A stretch of DNA of 64,000 bases from Nitrosospira sp. GTDB taxonomy: Bacteria > Pseudomonadota > Gammaproteobacteria > Burkholderiales > Nitrosomonadaceae. The notes under the pieces were generated by a model. The model made no database searches. It had not been told where the DNA came from and saw only the letters and a program-made list of their open reading frames with translations. How positions within the stretch are numbered: position 1 is the stretch's first letter; each line of letters begins with the position of its first letter. The stretch lies in the NCBI GenBank assembly GCA_043721435.1, contig JAYSQR010000038.1, positions 7,629 to 71,628 of the forward strand, read 5' to 3'. Below are positions 1 through 11,388 of the stretch, one piece after another. The position numbers and the translations under genes were made by a program.

Positions 1-109
1 GACTCTTCGAACGTCCAAGAATCTCTGAAGCCAAGCTGTCGCACGCATAAATTTTTCCATCTGCAGTCTGCAGCACCACACCTTTATTTAAATTCTCTTC
101 ACTTGTCAT
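1..109 (-). CDS. 5-prime fragment of a gene continuing beyond the left edge; possible PAS-domain signalling protein
   Basis: Minus-strand ATG at 109, open to base 1. It is absent from the ORF track because there is no stop in the window. Translation MTSEENLNKGVVLQTADGKIYACDSLASEILGRSKS resembles the start of a PAS fold. Only 36 codons are visible. Confidence 0.3.
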   Translation of the reverse strand, partial: MTSEENLNKGVVLQTADGKIYACDSLASEILGRSKS

Positions 110-301
110 AGATGTGCGATCAGGTATGTATCATAAATACAAGCTCAGTAGAAACGCTTTTTGAAGGTTAAGGCCGGAAAAAAAGGGGTAACTCCGCTTG
201 GTTGGGATAAAAGATTGACGTTTCCCTGTACTACCCGTTGACAGCATTGTTAAACCGCATGGCGGATTTTGCGATTGCATTTGATCGAACGGCTGGGATA
301 T

Positions 302-802
302 TCAGCGAGCTTTGTAGCCGCGAGCTTTTGTAAGGCTCCACGAGAACTCGCGGGTGCCGTCGGATATGAGTGCCACTGAAAGCGCGCCCTTGGTGAGCGG
401 CTGCACGGTCACATCGATGTTGTATTCCCTCGTGATCAGAGACGATCCGGCAGGTATCGGAGCGAGAAGAAGAGTGACTTGCGTGACGGTGTAATCACTG
501 TTGCCGTTGTAGATACTGCCGCTGAATATGCCGTAGCCAAAACCACCGTCGGTGTCGAGCTTGCCCAGCGCCTCGGACGGCAGATTTTCGTCTTTTGGTA
601 CTTTCCCCAGGAATTTTTTGCGGCAGGAGCCTGCGCCTTCGCGGGCAGCCAGGTCGCCGACTGCCTTGTTGGTTGCCGCCAGCACGCATTGGTCATAATT
701 GACCGGATCAGGCTGGCTGGCGACGGACAAGGCCGGTGAGAGCAGGAGCGCCGTAGCGAACAAAATCAGGGGCACCGAGGTTGCTTTGCGTCCCGCCCCC
801 AT
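302..802 (-). CDS. hypothetical secreted/periplasmic protein (166 aa)
   Basis: ORF with an N-terminal signal peptide (SVPLILFATALLLSPALSVASQ). It lies 4 nt downstream of the preceding minus-strand gene. No family recognised. Confidence 0.55.
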   Translation of the reverse strand: MGAGRKATSVPLILFATALLLSPALSVASQPDPVNYDQCVLAATNKAVGDLAAREGAGSCRKKFLGKVPKDENLPSEALGKLDTDGGFGYGIFSGSIYNGNSDYTVTQVTLLLAPIPAGSSLITREYNIDVTVQPLTKGALSVALISDGTREFSWSLTKARGYKAR

Positions 803-806
803 GCTT

Positions 807-1556
807 TTAGAAATTGAGGAATAAATTAGCCGACAGAATATGATCCATCAGGTTGTGCGAATTGTTTATTCTGTTGAGCGTCTGGTTCATGTAGCCGATC
901 TCGGCTCGGGCGTTTTTGTTGACGGTGTAAGCCACTCCGGCAAATGCCCGGTTCTGATCGAAACCGCTACGCGGCCCCCAGTCAGCCGGATTGAGATGGA
1001 CAAATATTTCGTTGGCCAGTACCAAGCCAAAGGCTGGCGCTTGCGGGAGCGGTATCAACACCCTGGCCAATTGCCGGAAACGATAAGCGGTATCCTGCCC
1101 CTTCCAATTGTCTACCCAGCGTTCTTCGATGCGGCTACGCAGGGCGACTGTCGGATTGAAAGGACCTATTTTGTATCGATCGGTCCATAATGCTTGCTGC
1201 CACATCCGGTGTTCGTCGAACGCGTGGCTGGCAAAGGGCGTGGTGGTCGGAGCCCAGGCATAACCTACCCAGAGACTGGTAGTCCTGTTAATTTGATAGC
1301 CGATACCAGGGCGGATTATGGCCTGAGAGAAACGTGTTCCGTCATCGCCAAAACGCCCCTGTCCTTCCATCCACCACCTGAAGTTCGCCAATTTTGGATT
1401 AGTGATACCCAGAGCATCAAACTTACCGATTGCTGTGACATTGTTCCAAGACTGGAAGTCCACGGTATCGTTTGGATCTTGGGCTGCAGCTATGGAACCC
1501 GAGAGTATCAGACCAGACGCTGCCAATAGCGCGAGAATTCTTTGTTTGTTTAGCAC
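807..1556 (-). CDS. outer-membrane beta-barrel protein, DUF2490-like
   Basis: Signal peptide (ILALLAASGLILSGSIAAAQD), alternating amphipathic strands, and an aromatic C-terminus (LSANLFLNF) typical of OM barrels. Family assignment is from memory. Confidence 0.65.
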   Translation of the reverse strand: MLNKQRILALLAASGLILSGSIAAAQDPNDTVDFQSWNNVTAIGKFDALGITNPKLANFRWWMEGQGRFGDDGTRFSQAIIRPGIGYQINRTTSLWVGYAWAPTTTPFASHAFDEHRMWQQALWTDRYKIGPFNPTVALRSRIEERWVDNWKGQDTAYRFRQLARVLIPLPQAPAFGLVLANEIFVHLNPADWGPRSGFDQNRAFAGVAYTVNKNARAEIGYMNQTLNRINNSHNLMDHILSANLFLNF

Positions 1557-1746
1557 TTAACTCCCCTTTACCAAGTGTGTATTAGGTTCTTGAAATTGAA
1601 TTACAGAAATCTCAACTGTTCCTCGCGTACGGTCCCTTGGCTCTACAGGATGAGGAGTCGGCGCGGCTAGACAGCAGGTGCAAGTACAATTATTCCAGTT
1701 ACAGTGTTGCTGGTTTTCGGGCCGCTATGGACAGCCAATTCCGACT

Positions 1747-1793
1747 AAAAAAGTGGAGTACTGCACCACGGTGGGGAAATTAACATGGTGCAG
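1747..1793 (-). terminator. candidate intrinsic terminator downstream of glnS
   Basis: 8-bp stem CTGCACCA (1761-1768) / TGGTGCAG (1786-1793) with a 17-nt loop. On the minus strand a T6 run (1747-1752) follows after 8 nt. The spacing to the T-run is not ideal. Confidence 0.35.
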
Positions 1794-1860
1794 GTGAGGA
1801 AAGTGTCAGGCGGAAGTGAAGTATTCGTGAAGTTCATGGGGTGATCGCCAGGGAGGTAAA

Positions 1861-3567
1861 TTAAGTGCTTTTCCCCCACGAGTCGCGCAGCGTTACCGCA
1901 CGGTTGAACACCGGTTTGCCCGGTTTTGTCTCCACCCGGTCGGCGATAAAGTAACCATGGCGTTCAAACTGGAACAGTTCTTCCGGTTGGACCTCACTGA
2001 GTACAGGCTCCAGATAGGCGGTGATGATTTCCTTCGAGTGTGGATTGAGGAACGCCTTGTAGTCCTTGCCGCCCGCATCAGGATGGGGATCGGCAAATAA
2101 ACGATCGAACAGCCGCACTTCGGCTGGGCGCGCATGACTGGCCGAGAGCCAATGGATGTTGCCCTTGACCTTGCGTGTTTCCGCGCCTGCGGTACCACTC
2201 TTGGTGTCCGGGTCATAGGTGCAATGAATTTCCTCAATTTCGCCGCTGACGCCCTTCACCACACTGACGCACTTCACGATATAGGCATAACGCAAACGCA
2301 CTTCCACGCCGGGTGAAAGACGGAAGTAGCCTTTGACAGGTATTTCCATGAAGTCATCGTGCTCAATGTAAATGATTCTTGACAGAGGTACGGCACGCTT
2401 ACCCCATTCAGGTTTTTGCGGATGGTTGGGGGCAAGGCATTCCTCCTCGCTGTCTTCCGGATAATTGTCGATGATGAGTTTCAGCGGCTTCAACACGGCG
2501 ATGCGGCGCGGCGCGCGTTCGTTCAGATCCTGGCGCAGACAGTCTTCCAGCACGCTCATGTCTATCCACGAATCGGCTTTGCTGACACCGATGCGCTCGG
2601 CGAACAGGCGGATGGATTCGGGCGTAAAACCACGGCGGCGTATCCCCACCAGAGTATTCATGCGGGGATCGTCCCAGCCATCCACCAAACTGCCTGTCAC
2701 CAGTTCCATCAGCTTGCGTTTGCTCGTCACAGTGTAGGTGAGATTCAACCGGGCAAATTCGATTTGCTGTGGATGGCAGGGAGCCACATCTTGCAGTTGA
2801 TTCAGCACCCAATCGTAGAGCGGGCGGTGATCCTCGAATTCCAGTGTGCAAATGGAATGGGTGATTTTCTCCAGCGCATCGGAGATGCAGTGGGTGTAAT
2901 CGTACATCGGATAGATGCACCACTTGTCGCCGGTGCGGTGATGATGAGCTCGGCGGATACGGTAGATGACCGGGTCGCGCAAGTTGATATTGGGAGAAGA
3001 CATGTCGATTTTGGCGCGCAGCACGTGAGCGCCATCGGCGAATTCTCCTGCTTTCATGCGGCGAAACAGATCGATGTTTTCCGTGATGCTGCGATCACGG
3101 TACGGACTGTTCTCGCCGGCCTCGGTCAGGGTGCCGCGCAGCGCGCGGATCTCCTCGGCAGTGAGACTGTCCACATAGGCTTGCCCCCGGTTGATAAGGT
3201 GTTCGGCGAATTCATACAGTTTGTCGAAATAATCGGAAGCGTAATGAAGGTTTCGTCCCCAGTCGAAGCCGAGCCATTTGACGGACTCGAGTATCGCATC
3301 GACGTATTCCTGTTCTTCTTTCTCCGGATTGGTGTCGTCAAAGCGCAGATGGCAGACGCCGCCGTAATCACGCGCGAGACCGAAATTGAGGCAGATGCTC
3401 TTGGCATGGCCGATGTGCAGGTAGCCGTTCGGCTCAGGCGGAAACCGGGTTTCCACGCGCCCGCCCCACTTGCCGCTGCGATTATCCTCATCAATGATGT
3501 TGCGGATGAAATTGGCAGCAGGCGCAATCGGGGCGGTAGGCGGGGTGATTACAGGGGTGTCTTTCAA
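1861..3567 (-). CDS. glnS: glutaminyl-tRNA synthetase
   Basis: [10 protein letters not shown]...[17 protein letters not shown] (HIGH motif) plus class I GlnRS-like body and C-terminal anticodon-binding region. The ORF track extends to a TTG at 3654. By comparison with known GlnS N-termini I prefer the TTG at 3567 (MKDTPVI...) or the GTG at 3609. The start is uncertain. Confidence 0.93.
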   Translation of the reverse strand: MKDTPVITPPTAPIAPAANFIRNIIDEDNRSGKWGGRVETRFPPEPNGYLHIGHAKSICLNFGLARDYGGVCHLRFDDTNPEKEEQEYVDAILESVKWLGFDWGRNLHYASDYFDKLYEFAEHLINRGQAYVDSLTAEEIRALRGTLTEAGENSPYRDRSITENIDLFRRMKAGEFADGAHVLRAKIDMSSPNINLRDPVIYRIRRAHHHRTGDKWCIYPMYDYTHCISDALEKITHSICTLEFEDHRPLYDWVLNQLQDVAPCHPQQIEFARLNLTYTVTSKRKLMELVTGSLVDGWDDPRMNTLVGIRRRGFTPESIRLFAERIGVSKADSWIDMSVLEDCLRQDLNERAPRRIAVLKPLKLIIDNYPEDSEEECLAPNHPQKPEWGKRAVPLSRIIYIEHDDFMEIPVKGYFRLSPGVEVRLRYAYIVKCVSVVKGVSGEIEEIHCTYDPDTKSGTAGAETRKVKGNIHWLSASHARPAEVRLFDRLFADPHPDAGGKDYKAFLNPHSKEIITAYLEPVLSEVQPEELFQFERHGYFIADRVETKPGKPVFNRAVTLRDSWGKST

Positions 3568-3639
3568 GTTGGCTTCTCGCGAGGTAATTCGCCATGCATG
3601 GCGCAGCACATTATATAATGACCAGCCATTCAGATTCGG

Positions 3640-4023
3640 AGAACTACTGAACAAATCCCACGCGGGCGCACCAGCGGCTTTGCGGGATGGGATGCACGAA
3701 AGGCGAGGACGCGAATGGCCATTCCCTTCGTTACGAGCCTGACACCGCAGACCGCCTGCAAAGTCCCGTCCCGTAGGGTTGCGGTGAAATCGGGCGCTTG
3801 CTGTGTTGCGCTCCTTGGCCTACGAGGCCAGCTACGACCTGCATCGCGCGCCTTGCGCAGCGCCGGAGCGTGGGCCGCCAGCGCAGGCGAACATAGGCTC
3901 GCGATCGGGAACAATGGCGCTGCTATGGTTCGCTTCACTGTGCTGCTACGTTGGCACAACGTTACGCGAGCCATCCCGATTTTACCTGCAACGCGCTCCA
4001 CGGAGGACTTGTTCAGTAGTTCC
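3640..4023. repeat. MITE-like element bounded by about 18-bp terminal inverted repeats, in the glnS/birA divergent spacer
   Basis: Left end GAACTACTGAACAAATCC (3641-3658). The reverse complement of the right end is GGAACTACTGAACAAGTCC (4005-4023), with one mismatch over 17 nt and degenerate similarity further inward. About 384 bp with no credible coding content. The left-end subsequence recurs at 57379-57429. Confidence 0.55.
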
Positions 4024-4082
4024 ATAACAGTCTATATTGAAACAGTTGCACCCGTGATTCCAACACTTGCCGATAATTTGCC

Positions 4083-5072
4083 ATGAAGCCGCTCACTTTC
4101 TCCGTTCTGCGTCTGTTGAACGATGGCGAATTCCATTCCGGTGTAACTATCGCCCGAAATCTTGGTGTGTCGCGCGCCAGCGTGTCCCTCGCGTTGCGAG
4201 GCCTGGATGAAGTGGGGTTGGTGGTGCATAAGGTTCATGGCCGCGGCTACCGTCTGCCCGATCCGATGCAATGGCTGGAACGGGAGGTGATCCTGCATCA
4301 CCTCGGCACGGAAGCGAAAACGTTTCGTCTCGAAATTCTGGACACTGCCGAATCAACCAACAGCTTGTTGTTGCAACAGGCCGCAATGGAAATGGGTTCT
4401 GGTAGCGGCGGTGTGCGTGTTGTGGCGACAGAACTGCAAACTGGCGGACGCGGGCGGCGCGGGCGGGAATGGCATTCCGGTCTGGGCGACGGTCTTACAT
4501 TTTCTCTGCTGTGGCGTTTCCAGCAGGGCGCCAATCTCTTGTCGGGCTTGAGCTTGGCGGTGGGGGTTGCTATCGCCCGTGTACTGCAATCCTCCGGGAT
4601 CAGAGGTGCGGTGCTTAAATGGCCTAACGACGTGCTGTTTCACTACCGTAAATTGGCGGGTATCCTGATCGAGTTGCAGGGAGATATGCTGGGCCCCACT
4701 GTTGCTGTGATCGGTATTGGCATGAACTTGAAATTGTCGGACAGTATAAAGGCGCGCATAGGCCAGGGTGCGACAGACCTGTTTTCCATCACTGGTGAAA
4801 TGCCGGACCGCAACAAGCTGCTGGCTGCGCTGCTGGTCGAGTTGGTGACGGTACTGAGAGTGTTTGAACGGCAAGGTTTTGCACCCTTCAGGGAGGAGTG
4901 GGTGCATTGTCACGGTTTCGAGAATAAATGCGTTACCTTGCAACTGCCCGACGGCTCGAGCCAGGAAGGCGTAGTGCATGGCGTGGGGGAGGACGGTTCG
5001 CTGCTATTGCGGACTCCAGCAGGCAATCGTGGCTACAGCGGCGGCGAAATCACCCTGCGCAAGGTGGCATGA
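4083..5072 (+). CDS. birA: bifunctional biotin-[acetyl-CoA-carboxylase] ligase / biotin operon repressor
   Basis: N-terminal winged HTH (VTIARNLGVSRASVSLALRGLDEVG), the GRGRRGR(E)W biotin-ligase motif, and KWPNDV. Immediately followed by coaX, a common pairing. Confidence 0.92.
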   Translation: MKPLTFSVLRLLNDGEFHSGVTIARNLGVSRASVSLALRGLDEVGLVVHKVHGRGYRLPDPMQWLEREVILHHLGTEAKTFRLEILDTAESTNSLLLQQAAMEMGSGSGGVRVVATELQTGGRGRRGREWHSGLGDGLTFSLLWRFQQGANLLSGLSLAVGVAIARVLQSSGIRGAVLKWPNDVLFHYRKLAGILIELQGDMLGPTVAVIGIGMNLKLSDSIKARIGQGATDLFSITGEMPDRNKLLAALLVELVTVLRVFERQGFAPFREEWVHCHGFENKCVTLQLPDGSSQEGVVHGVGEDGSLLLRTPAGNRGYSGGEITLRKVA

Positions 5073-5073
5073 C

Positions 5074-5820
5074 ATGACCTATTTGCTGGCGGTTGACTCC
5101 GGTAATACCCGCATCAAGTGGGGGCTGCATGATGGGCATGGCTGGTTGCAGCAGGGGGCGGTGGCGCAAAGTGGCAGCGCGCTGCTGGAGCGGGAATGGC
5201 AAGATCTGCCAGAACCGGCGCGTATCATGGTTTCCAACGTGGCTGGTGAGCAAACGAAGACGGAACTGTCGGGGTTGTTTTCCCGTTGGGAAGCTGAGCC
5301 GCAATGGGCAGTCGCCAGCGCATATCAGTGCGGAGTACGCAACTACTATGCCGATCCAGCGCAACTTGGCAGCGATCGCTGGGCAGCGCTGGTTGCGGCA
5401 TGGAGGTCGCAACGGCAGGGTTGCCTGGTAGTGAGTGCCGGTACCGCCATGACAGTGGATGCCCTTTCCGACACGGGCGAATTTCTTGGCGGTATCATCG
5501 TCCCCGGTCTTGAATTAATGCAGAAAGCATTGACGGCAAACACTGCATCGTTGAAACTTGGAGAAGGAGAGTTCCGTGACTATCCGGACAGCACTGCCGA
5601 CGCCATCTACAGTGGTGGGGTGCAGGCGCTGGCCGGCGCAGTGGAGCGCATGGTTATGCTGCTCACCGCCACCCTGGGTCATGTACCCGACTGCATCGTG
5701 AGCGGCGGTACGGCGCCGCTATTGCTGGCGCAGCTTAATACTCCCGCCAGGATGGCAGATAATCTGGTGCTGGAAGGTTTGGTGGCCATTGCCGAAGAAG
5801 CTGCAGGGACCCCGCTGTAA
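5074..5820 (+). CDS. coaX: type III pantothenate kinase
   Basis: [17 protein letters not shown] is the typical CoaX N-terminus. The ATG at 5074 follows the birA stop (5070-5072). The ORF-track start at 4978 would overlap birA by 95 nt and is rejected. Confidence 0.9.
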   Translation: MTYLLAVDSGNTRIKWGLHDGHGWLQQGAVAQSGSALLEREWQDLPEPARIMVSNVAGEQTKTELSGLFSRWEAEPQWAVASAYQCGVRNYYADPAQLGSDRWAALVAAWRSQRQGCLVVSAGTAMTVDALSDTGEFLGGIIVPGLELMQKALTANTASLKLGEGEFRDYPDSTADAIYSGGVQALAGAVERMVMLLTATLGHVPDCIVSGGTAPLLLAQLNTPARMADNLVLEGLVAIAEEAAGTPL

Positions 5821-5882
5821 GTTCAGTTGCCGCACGGCCAACAATTAATTTTCCAGTTCCACTACGTCTGACCCGGAAATCC

Positions 5883-6569
5883 ATGTCTCTTTTTCAACAC
5901 GCGACTTTTTACACTACCGTCAATCACATACGAGATTTGCCGCTGCCCGGTGGAGTGGAAATCGCTTTTGCCGGACGTTCTAACGCAGGCAAATCGAGCG
6001 TTATCAACACCCTGGCCAATCGCGGCCGTCTCGCCTTTGTCAGCAAGACACCGGGGCGCACTCAGCATATCAACTTCTTTCAACTGGGAAATGACCGTTT
6101 TCTGGTTGATCTTCCTGGCTATGGCTATGCCAAGGTGCCGCTGGAAATCCGCCAGCACTGGGAACACCTGCTCAGCACCTATCTGCAAACCAGGGAGTCG
6201 CTTCACGGCATGGTGCTTATCATGGATGTGCGTCATCCTTTAACCCCGCTTGACCGGCGGATGCTGGACTGGTTTGCGCCAACCGGGAAAGCGGTGCATG
6301 TGATACTTACCAAAGCGGACAAATTCACCCGGCAGCAGGCCAGAAAAACTCTGAAGGAGGTACAGGTTTTTTTGCAGGAAAGCTATCCACAATGCAGCGT
6401 CCAACTCTTTTCCAGCCTGGCCAAAGAAGGGGTCGAAGAGGCAACTGCCGTACTTGGAAGCTGGCTCGAATTGGACGCAGCTTTGACGCCGGAATCAAAG
6501 CCGACGGCTAAGCCTGAAATAAAAAACCCCCGGTTAAAGGGGAATAAAACCGGGGGCAAACTGCCTTAA
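5883..6569 (+). CDS. engB: ribosome-biogenesis GTPase YihA/EngB
   Basis: G1 motif [18 protein letters not shown], and TKADK (G4), with a basic C-terminal tail. Confidence 0.9.
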   Translation: MSLFQHATFYTTVNHIRDLPLPGGVEIAFAGRSNAGKSSVINTLANRGRLAFVSKTPGRTQHINFFQLGNDRFLVDLPGYGYAKVPLEIRQHWEHLLSTYLQTRESLHGMVLIMDVRHPLTPLDRRMLDWFAPTGKAVHVILTKADKFTRQQARKTLKEVQVFLQESYPQCSVQLFSSLAKEGVEEATAVLGSWLELDAALTPESKPTAKPEIKNPRLKGNKTGGKLP

Positions 6570-6680
6570 CAAGTATTAAGGCCCCGCTTAGGGAGGGGAA
6601 GCGGGAGACAGTCAAACATCGTCTGTCAATAAGACGACAGAGTTATGGAACAAGTTCCCGGAATCTTAAATTTTTGTTAG

Positions 6681-7721
<1,041 letters not shown>

Positions 7722-7757
7722 AGGATGGTCGCGAGTAGCGTGATGGCCTGTTTGCTG

Positions 7758-10076
7758 CTACAACAACCGATCCGGCACATCGCCTGATGGTTTGTCGACG
7801 TCATCATCATCGCGACCCGCTTCCGGCGGCAGTTGCTCCTGCAGAAAATACTCTGTCATTGCGCCATGCGCTTCTCTCAGGCCAGTTGCCGGATTGATTT
7901 TGGCCATCGTGACGCCTCTTGGAGGGGTATAGATAGCCATGGGGACATCCTGCAACACTTTTCCCATATAATTCATCCATATCGGCAGGGCAGCCCGACC
8001 CCCGGTTTCATGCTCCCCCAATGATCTGGGATTGTCGAAACCGATCCAGGCTACCGCGACCAGATTGGTCTGGTAACCACAAAACCAGGCATCGACATGA
8101 TCATTGGTAGTGCCGGTTTTTCCGGCCAGGTCGGTACGGCTGAGCTGCTTTGCTCTGGTCGCAGTGCCGCGCTCCACCACATCCCGCATCATGCTGGTCA
8201 TAAGAAAAGCATTGCGCGGGTCTATGATCTGTTTGGCGTTCTCCGCCACCCGCACCGGTTGGGCCTGTTCCAGTACATTGCCTTTTTCATCCTCGATGCG
8301 ATCAATGAAATAGGGTGCGATGCGGAAGCCGCCATTGGCGAACGTCGTGTAACCCACTGCCATCTGCATTGGCGTTACTGACCCCGCACCCAACGCCATG
8401 GTCATGTAAGGCGGGTGCATGCTGGGGTCAAAACCGAAGCGGGAGATGTAATCCTGGGCGTACTGGACGCCAATGGCCTGGAGAATACGGATTGATACCA
8501 TGTTCTTGGATTTGGCAAGCCCTTCCCGCATGCGTAACGGCCCTTCGTACTTGCCATCGAAATTCCTCGGTTCCCACAGTTTGCTGCCCGTTTCGGCGGC
8601 ACTAAAGGAAAGCGGCGCATCGTTGATGACCGTTGCGGGAGTAAAACCCTTTTCCAGTGCGGCGGAATAAATGAAGGGCTTCAGGCTGGAACCCGGTTGA
8701 CGCCAAGCTTGTGTGACGTGGTTGAACTGGTTGCGGTTGAAGTCAAATCCGCCCACCAGCGCACGAATCGCTCCATCTTGCGGGTCGATTGAAACCAGCG
8801 AAGCTTCAACCTGGGGAAGCTGCACAATTTGCCATGCCCCTTTTTCGTTTTTCTGCACCCGGATCACCGCCCCCGGGCGAATACGCCGTTGACCGGGGGT
8901 TGTCGTATCGGCGAGGAATTTATGCGCGAATTTGAGACCATCGCCGGTGATCTCGATGTTTTCGCCCCCTCTGCGGTAAGCATGCACGGATTTGGAGTCG
9001 GCAGTCAGCACCACGGCAGTATGAATATCATCGCTGTCGAGCGTATCCTGCAGCGCATTTTCCAGCGCCTCTTCCTGATTTGCGCCGTTTTTTAGCAAAT
9101 CAACGACCGCGTCTGGGCCGCGATAGCCGCGCCGCCGGTCATACTCCATCACGCCCTGGCGCAGAGACTGGTAAGCCGCTTGCTGATCCAGTTGCCGTAC
9201 AGTCGTATAGACTTTGAAACCTCTGGTGTAGGTTTCTTCCTGATAACGGTCATAGACCGCTTGACGCACCATTTCAGCTACGTATTCAGCCCGTATCGGG
9301 AATTCCTGCGATTTGCGCTTGATCCGCAGTGGCTGTTCCCCGGTCTCCTTGAATTCCTGAGTGGAGATATGGCCGAGTTCGTGCATGCGCCGCAGCACAT
9401 AGAGTTGCCGCGTCTTGGCACGCTTGGGATTGACTATCGGGTTGTAGTGCGAAGGCGCTTTGGGCAGACCCGCCAGCATGGCAGCTTCAGCCAGGTTAAG
9501 ATCAGCCAGGGGTTTGCCGAAGTAGACTTGTGCTGCGGAGGCGAAACCATAGGCACGTTGGCCGAGATAAATCTGGTTGATGTAGAGTTCGAGGATCTCA
9601 TCTTTGCTCAAGCTGTGTTCAATCTTGAATGCAAGCAGAGCTTCGCTGAATTTCCGTGTCAGGGTTTTTTCCTTTGTCAGGAAGAAATTCCGCGCCACCT
9701 GCATGGTGATGGTGCTGGCGCCCTGACGGACGCCGCCGGAGGCGAAATTGGAATAAGCGGCACGCAGCACGCCCGCATAATCCACCCCGCCATGCTGGTA
9801 AAAGCGGTCATCCTCCGCTGCCAGAATCGCCTGCTTGAGGCGTTCCGGCACTTCGCTGACTTTCACTATGTCGCGGCGCTCCTCGCCGAACTCTCCCATC
9901 AGCACGCCTTCGGCACTATAGACCCGTAACGGAATCTTTGGACGGTAGTCAGTCAGTGCTTCAAGCGATGGCAGCGTGGGGAGGGTAACCAGCACCGCGA
10001 ACCCAACCAGCAGGGCGCCGAGCAGGCTCAGCCCCAGTAAAGCGGCGATTGGGTAAAGCCACCAGCGTGCTAGCAT
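7758..10076 (-). CDS. mrcA: penicillin-binding protein 1A (bifunctional glycosyltransferase/transpeptidase)
   Basis: GT51 motifs EDDRFYQHGGVD and GASTITMQVARN. Transpeptidase motifs SSLKP (SxxK) and KTGTTN. N-terminal TM anchor. Divergent from pilM, as in many proteobacteria. Confidence 0.93.
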   Translation of the reverse strand: MLARWWLYPIAALLGLSLLGALLVGFAVLVTLPTLPSLEALTDYRPKIPLRVYSAEGVLMGEFGEERRDIVKVSEVPERLKQAILAAEDDRFYQHGGVDYAGVLRAAYSNFASGGVRQGASTITMQVARNFFLTKEKTLTRKFSEALLAFKIEHSLSKDEILELYINQIYLGQRAYGFASAAQVYFGKPLADLNLAEAAMLAGLPKAPSHYNPIVNPKRAKTRQLYVLRRMHELGHISTQEFKETGEQPLRIKRKSQEFPIRAEYVAEMVRQAVYDRYQEETYTRGFKVYTTVRQLDQQAAYQSLRQGVMEYDRRRGYRGPDAVVDLLKNGANQEEALENALQDTLDSDDIHTAVVLTADSKSVHAYRRGGENIEITGDGLKFAHKFLADTTTPGQRRIRPGAVIRVQKNEKGAWQIVQLPQVEASLVSIDPQDGAIRALVGGFDFNRNQFNHVTQAWRQPGSSLKPFIYSAALEKGFTPATVINDAPLSFSAAETGSKLWEPRNFDGKYEGPLRMREGLAKSKNMVSIRILQAIGVQYAQDYISRFGFDPSMHPPYMTMALGAGSVTPMQMAVGYTTFANGGFRIAPYFIDRIEDEKGNVLEQAQPVRVAENAKQIIDPRNAFLMTSMMRDVVERGTATRAKQLSRTDLAGKTGTTNDHVDAWFCGYQTNLVAVAWIGFDNPRSLGEHETGGRAALPIWMNYMGKVLQDVPMAIYTPPRGVTMAKINPATGLREAHGAMTEYFLQEQLPPEAGRDDDDVDKPSGDVPDRLL

Positions 10077-10127
10077 GAAAAATAAGCTTCGGAGTGGAGG
10101 GTCAAAATAAACTTCTTTGAATTATAA

Positions 10128-10141
10128 GGGGTATATACCCC
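10128..10141. promoter_or_regulatory. perfect 14-bp palindrome in the mrcA/pilM divergent promoter region
   Basis: GGGGTATATACCCC followed by GCTTTTCT. It could be an operator or a small hairpin. Function unknown. Confidence 0.25.
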
Positions 10142-10284
10142 GCTTTTCTGCAAATGGCTTGTTCTCAAAAAAGGCCAGAATAAACGTACACCATTATAGG
10201 GGGTGTGTTGGTAAAATACTTTATATGCGTTATAGTTGCCAAGAGCATTTAATCTCTTTTATATGCATTGCTCCTAACTAACTA

Positions 10285-11388
10285 ATGTTAAATGGAAAGC
10301 TTGACATAGATTTTACCTTTCTTCAAACAAGATCGCCATCGCTGATAGGTGTAGATATCAGTTCGTCTTCGGTGAAGATGATTGAGCTTTCCATGGCCGG
10401 AAAGAACGGTAACGTTTATCGGGTCGAACGTTACGCGATCGAGCCCTTGCCCAGGGACGCCATGCTGGATGGCAATATCGTCAGCCTGGAAGCGGTAAGT
10501 GAAAGCCTGCGGCGCGGCTGGAAGCGCATGGGGACACGGCTTAAGACAGTTGCCCTGGCATTGCCGGCGGCGGCAGTGATCACCAAGAAAATCATCGTTC
10601 CGGCAGGGCAGCGGGAAGACGATCTGCTTTTCCAAGTCGAGACCGAGGCCAACCAGTATATTCCCTTCGCGCTGGATGAGGTAAATCTCGATTTTCAGGT
10701 GGTGGGGCCAGTACCCGGCAATCCGGAAGAAGTGGAAGTACTGATTGCCGCTTCGCGCAAGGAAAAAGTGGAGGATCGGGTAGCCGTTGCGCTGACTGCC
10801 GGTCTGAAGGCTGCGGTCATGGACGTCGAGCCGTATGCCGCACAGGCTGCTTTCGAGTTGATTGAAAACCGGTTGCCGGGCGGTGGAAAAGACCAGATCA
10901 TCGCACTGGTTGACATTGGTGCCACGAGTATAAGCATCAATGTATTGCGCAATGGGCAATCGGTCTATATGCGCAATCAACCGTTTGGCGGCGACCAACT
11001 TACCCAGGAAATTCAAAGCCATTTCAATCTTGCGCCGGAAGAAGCGGAAGCCGCCAAGCGCAGCGGCGAACTTCCTGATAATTATAAGACCAGCGTGTTG
11101 CAGCCATTCCGCGAAACCCTGGCGCTGGAAGTGGCTCGTGCCCTGCAATTTTTCTTCACCTCGACCCAGTTCACTGCTGTCAATTACATCTTCCTGGCAG
11201 GTGGGTGCGCAGTCATCCCGGAGTTGGACGAGATTATTGCGGCCCGCACCCAAGTCGGCACCTTGGTTGTCAATCCTTTCATCGGCATGGAACTATCCAG
11301 CCGGATTGCACCGAAACAACTGAGTGCCGATGCCCCTTCGCTTCTAGTCGCCTGTGGTCTGGCTTTGCGAAGTTTTGATCGATCATGA
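10285..11388 (+). CDS. pilM: type IV pilus assembly ATPase-fold protein PilM
   Basis: LIGVDISSSSVKMIELS actin-like N-terminus. First gene of a pilMNOPQ array with overlapping or abutting stops and starts. Confidence 0.92.
   Translation: MLNGKLDIDFTFLQTRSPSLIGVDISSSSVKMIELSMAGKNGNVYRVERYAIEPLPRDAMLDGNIVSLEAVSESLRRGWKRMGTRLKTVALALPAAAVITKKIIVPAGQREDDLLFQVETEANQYIPFALDEVNLDFQVVGPVPGNPEEVEVLIAASRKEKVEDRVAVALTAGLKAAVMDVEPYAAQAAFELIENRLPGGGKDQIIALVDIGATSISINVLRNGQSVYMRNQPFGGDQLTQEIQSHFNLAPEEAEAAKRSGELPDNYKTSVLQPFRETLALEVARALQFFFTSTQFTAVNYIFLAGGCAVIPELDEIIAARTQVGTLVVNPFIGMELSSRIAPKQLSADAPSLLVACGLALRSFDRS

Noticed and set aside
2416-3618. 400-aa ORF on the plus strand
   Set aside because: It is entirely antisense to glnS, whose product has unambiguous GlnRS motifs. 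Its composition (A/R/G/V-rich, no recognisable motif) is typical of a shadow ORF in GC-rich DNA.
3715-4086. 123-aa ORF with an apparent SD inside the MITE-like element, plus 3630-4025 on the minus strand
   Set aside because: It runs through the repeat and into the birA start. Its A/R/L/G-rich composition has no motif, and the SD-like sequence is part of the repeated module also seen at 57421-57431.
4978-5073. N-terminal extensions given by the longest-ORF rule (coaX 4978, nuoM-like 29689, M48 protease 39979, GH57 53365, glnS 3654, addB 59033, blh 56356, hemE 18347)
   Set aside because: Each extension overlaps the upstream gene or lacks an SD. In each case an internal ATG with an SD or a family-typical N-terminus exists. 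The starts remain predictions.
6583-6605. Hairpin CCCGCTT-N9-AAGCGGG after engB as an intrinsic terminator
   Set aside because: The 7-bp stem is real, but it is followed by AGACAG with no T-tract, so it is not reported as a terminator.
10288-11253. 321-aa ORF on the minus strand
   Set aside because: It is antisense to pilM, with no SD or homology. It is a shadow ORF.
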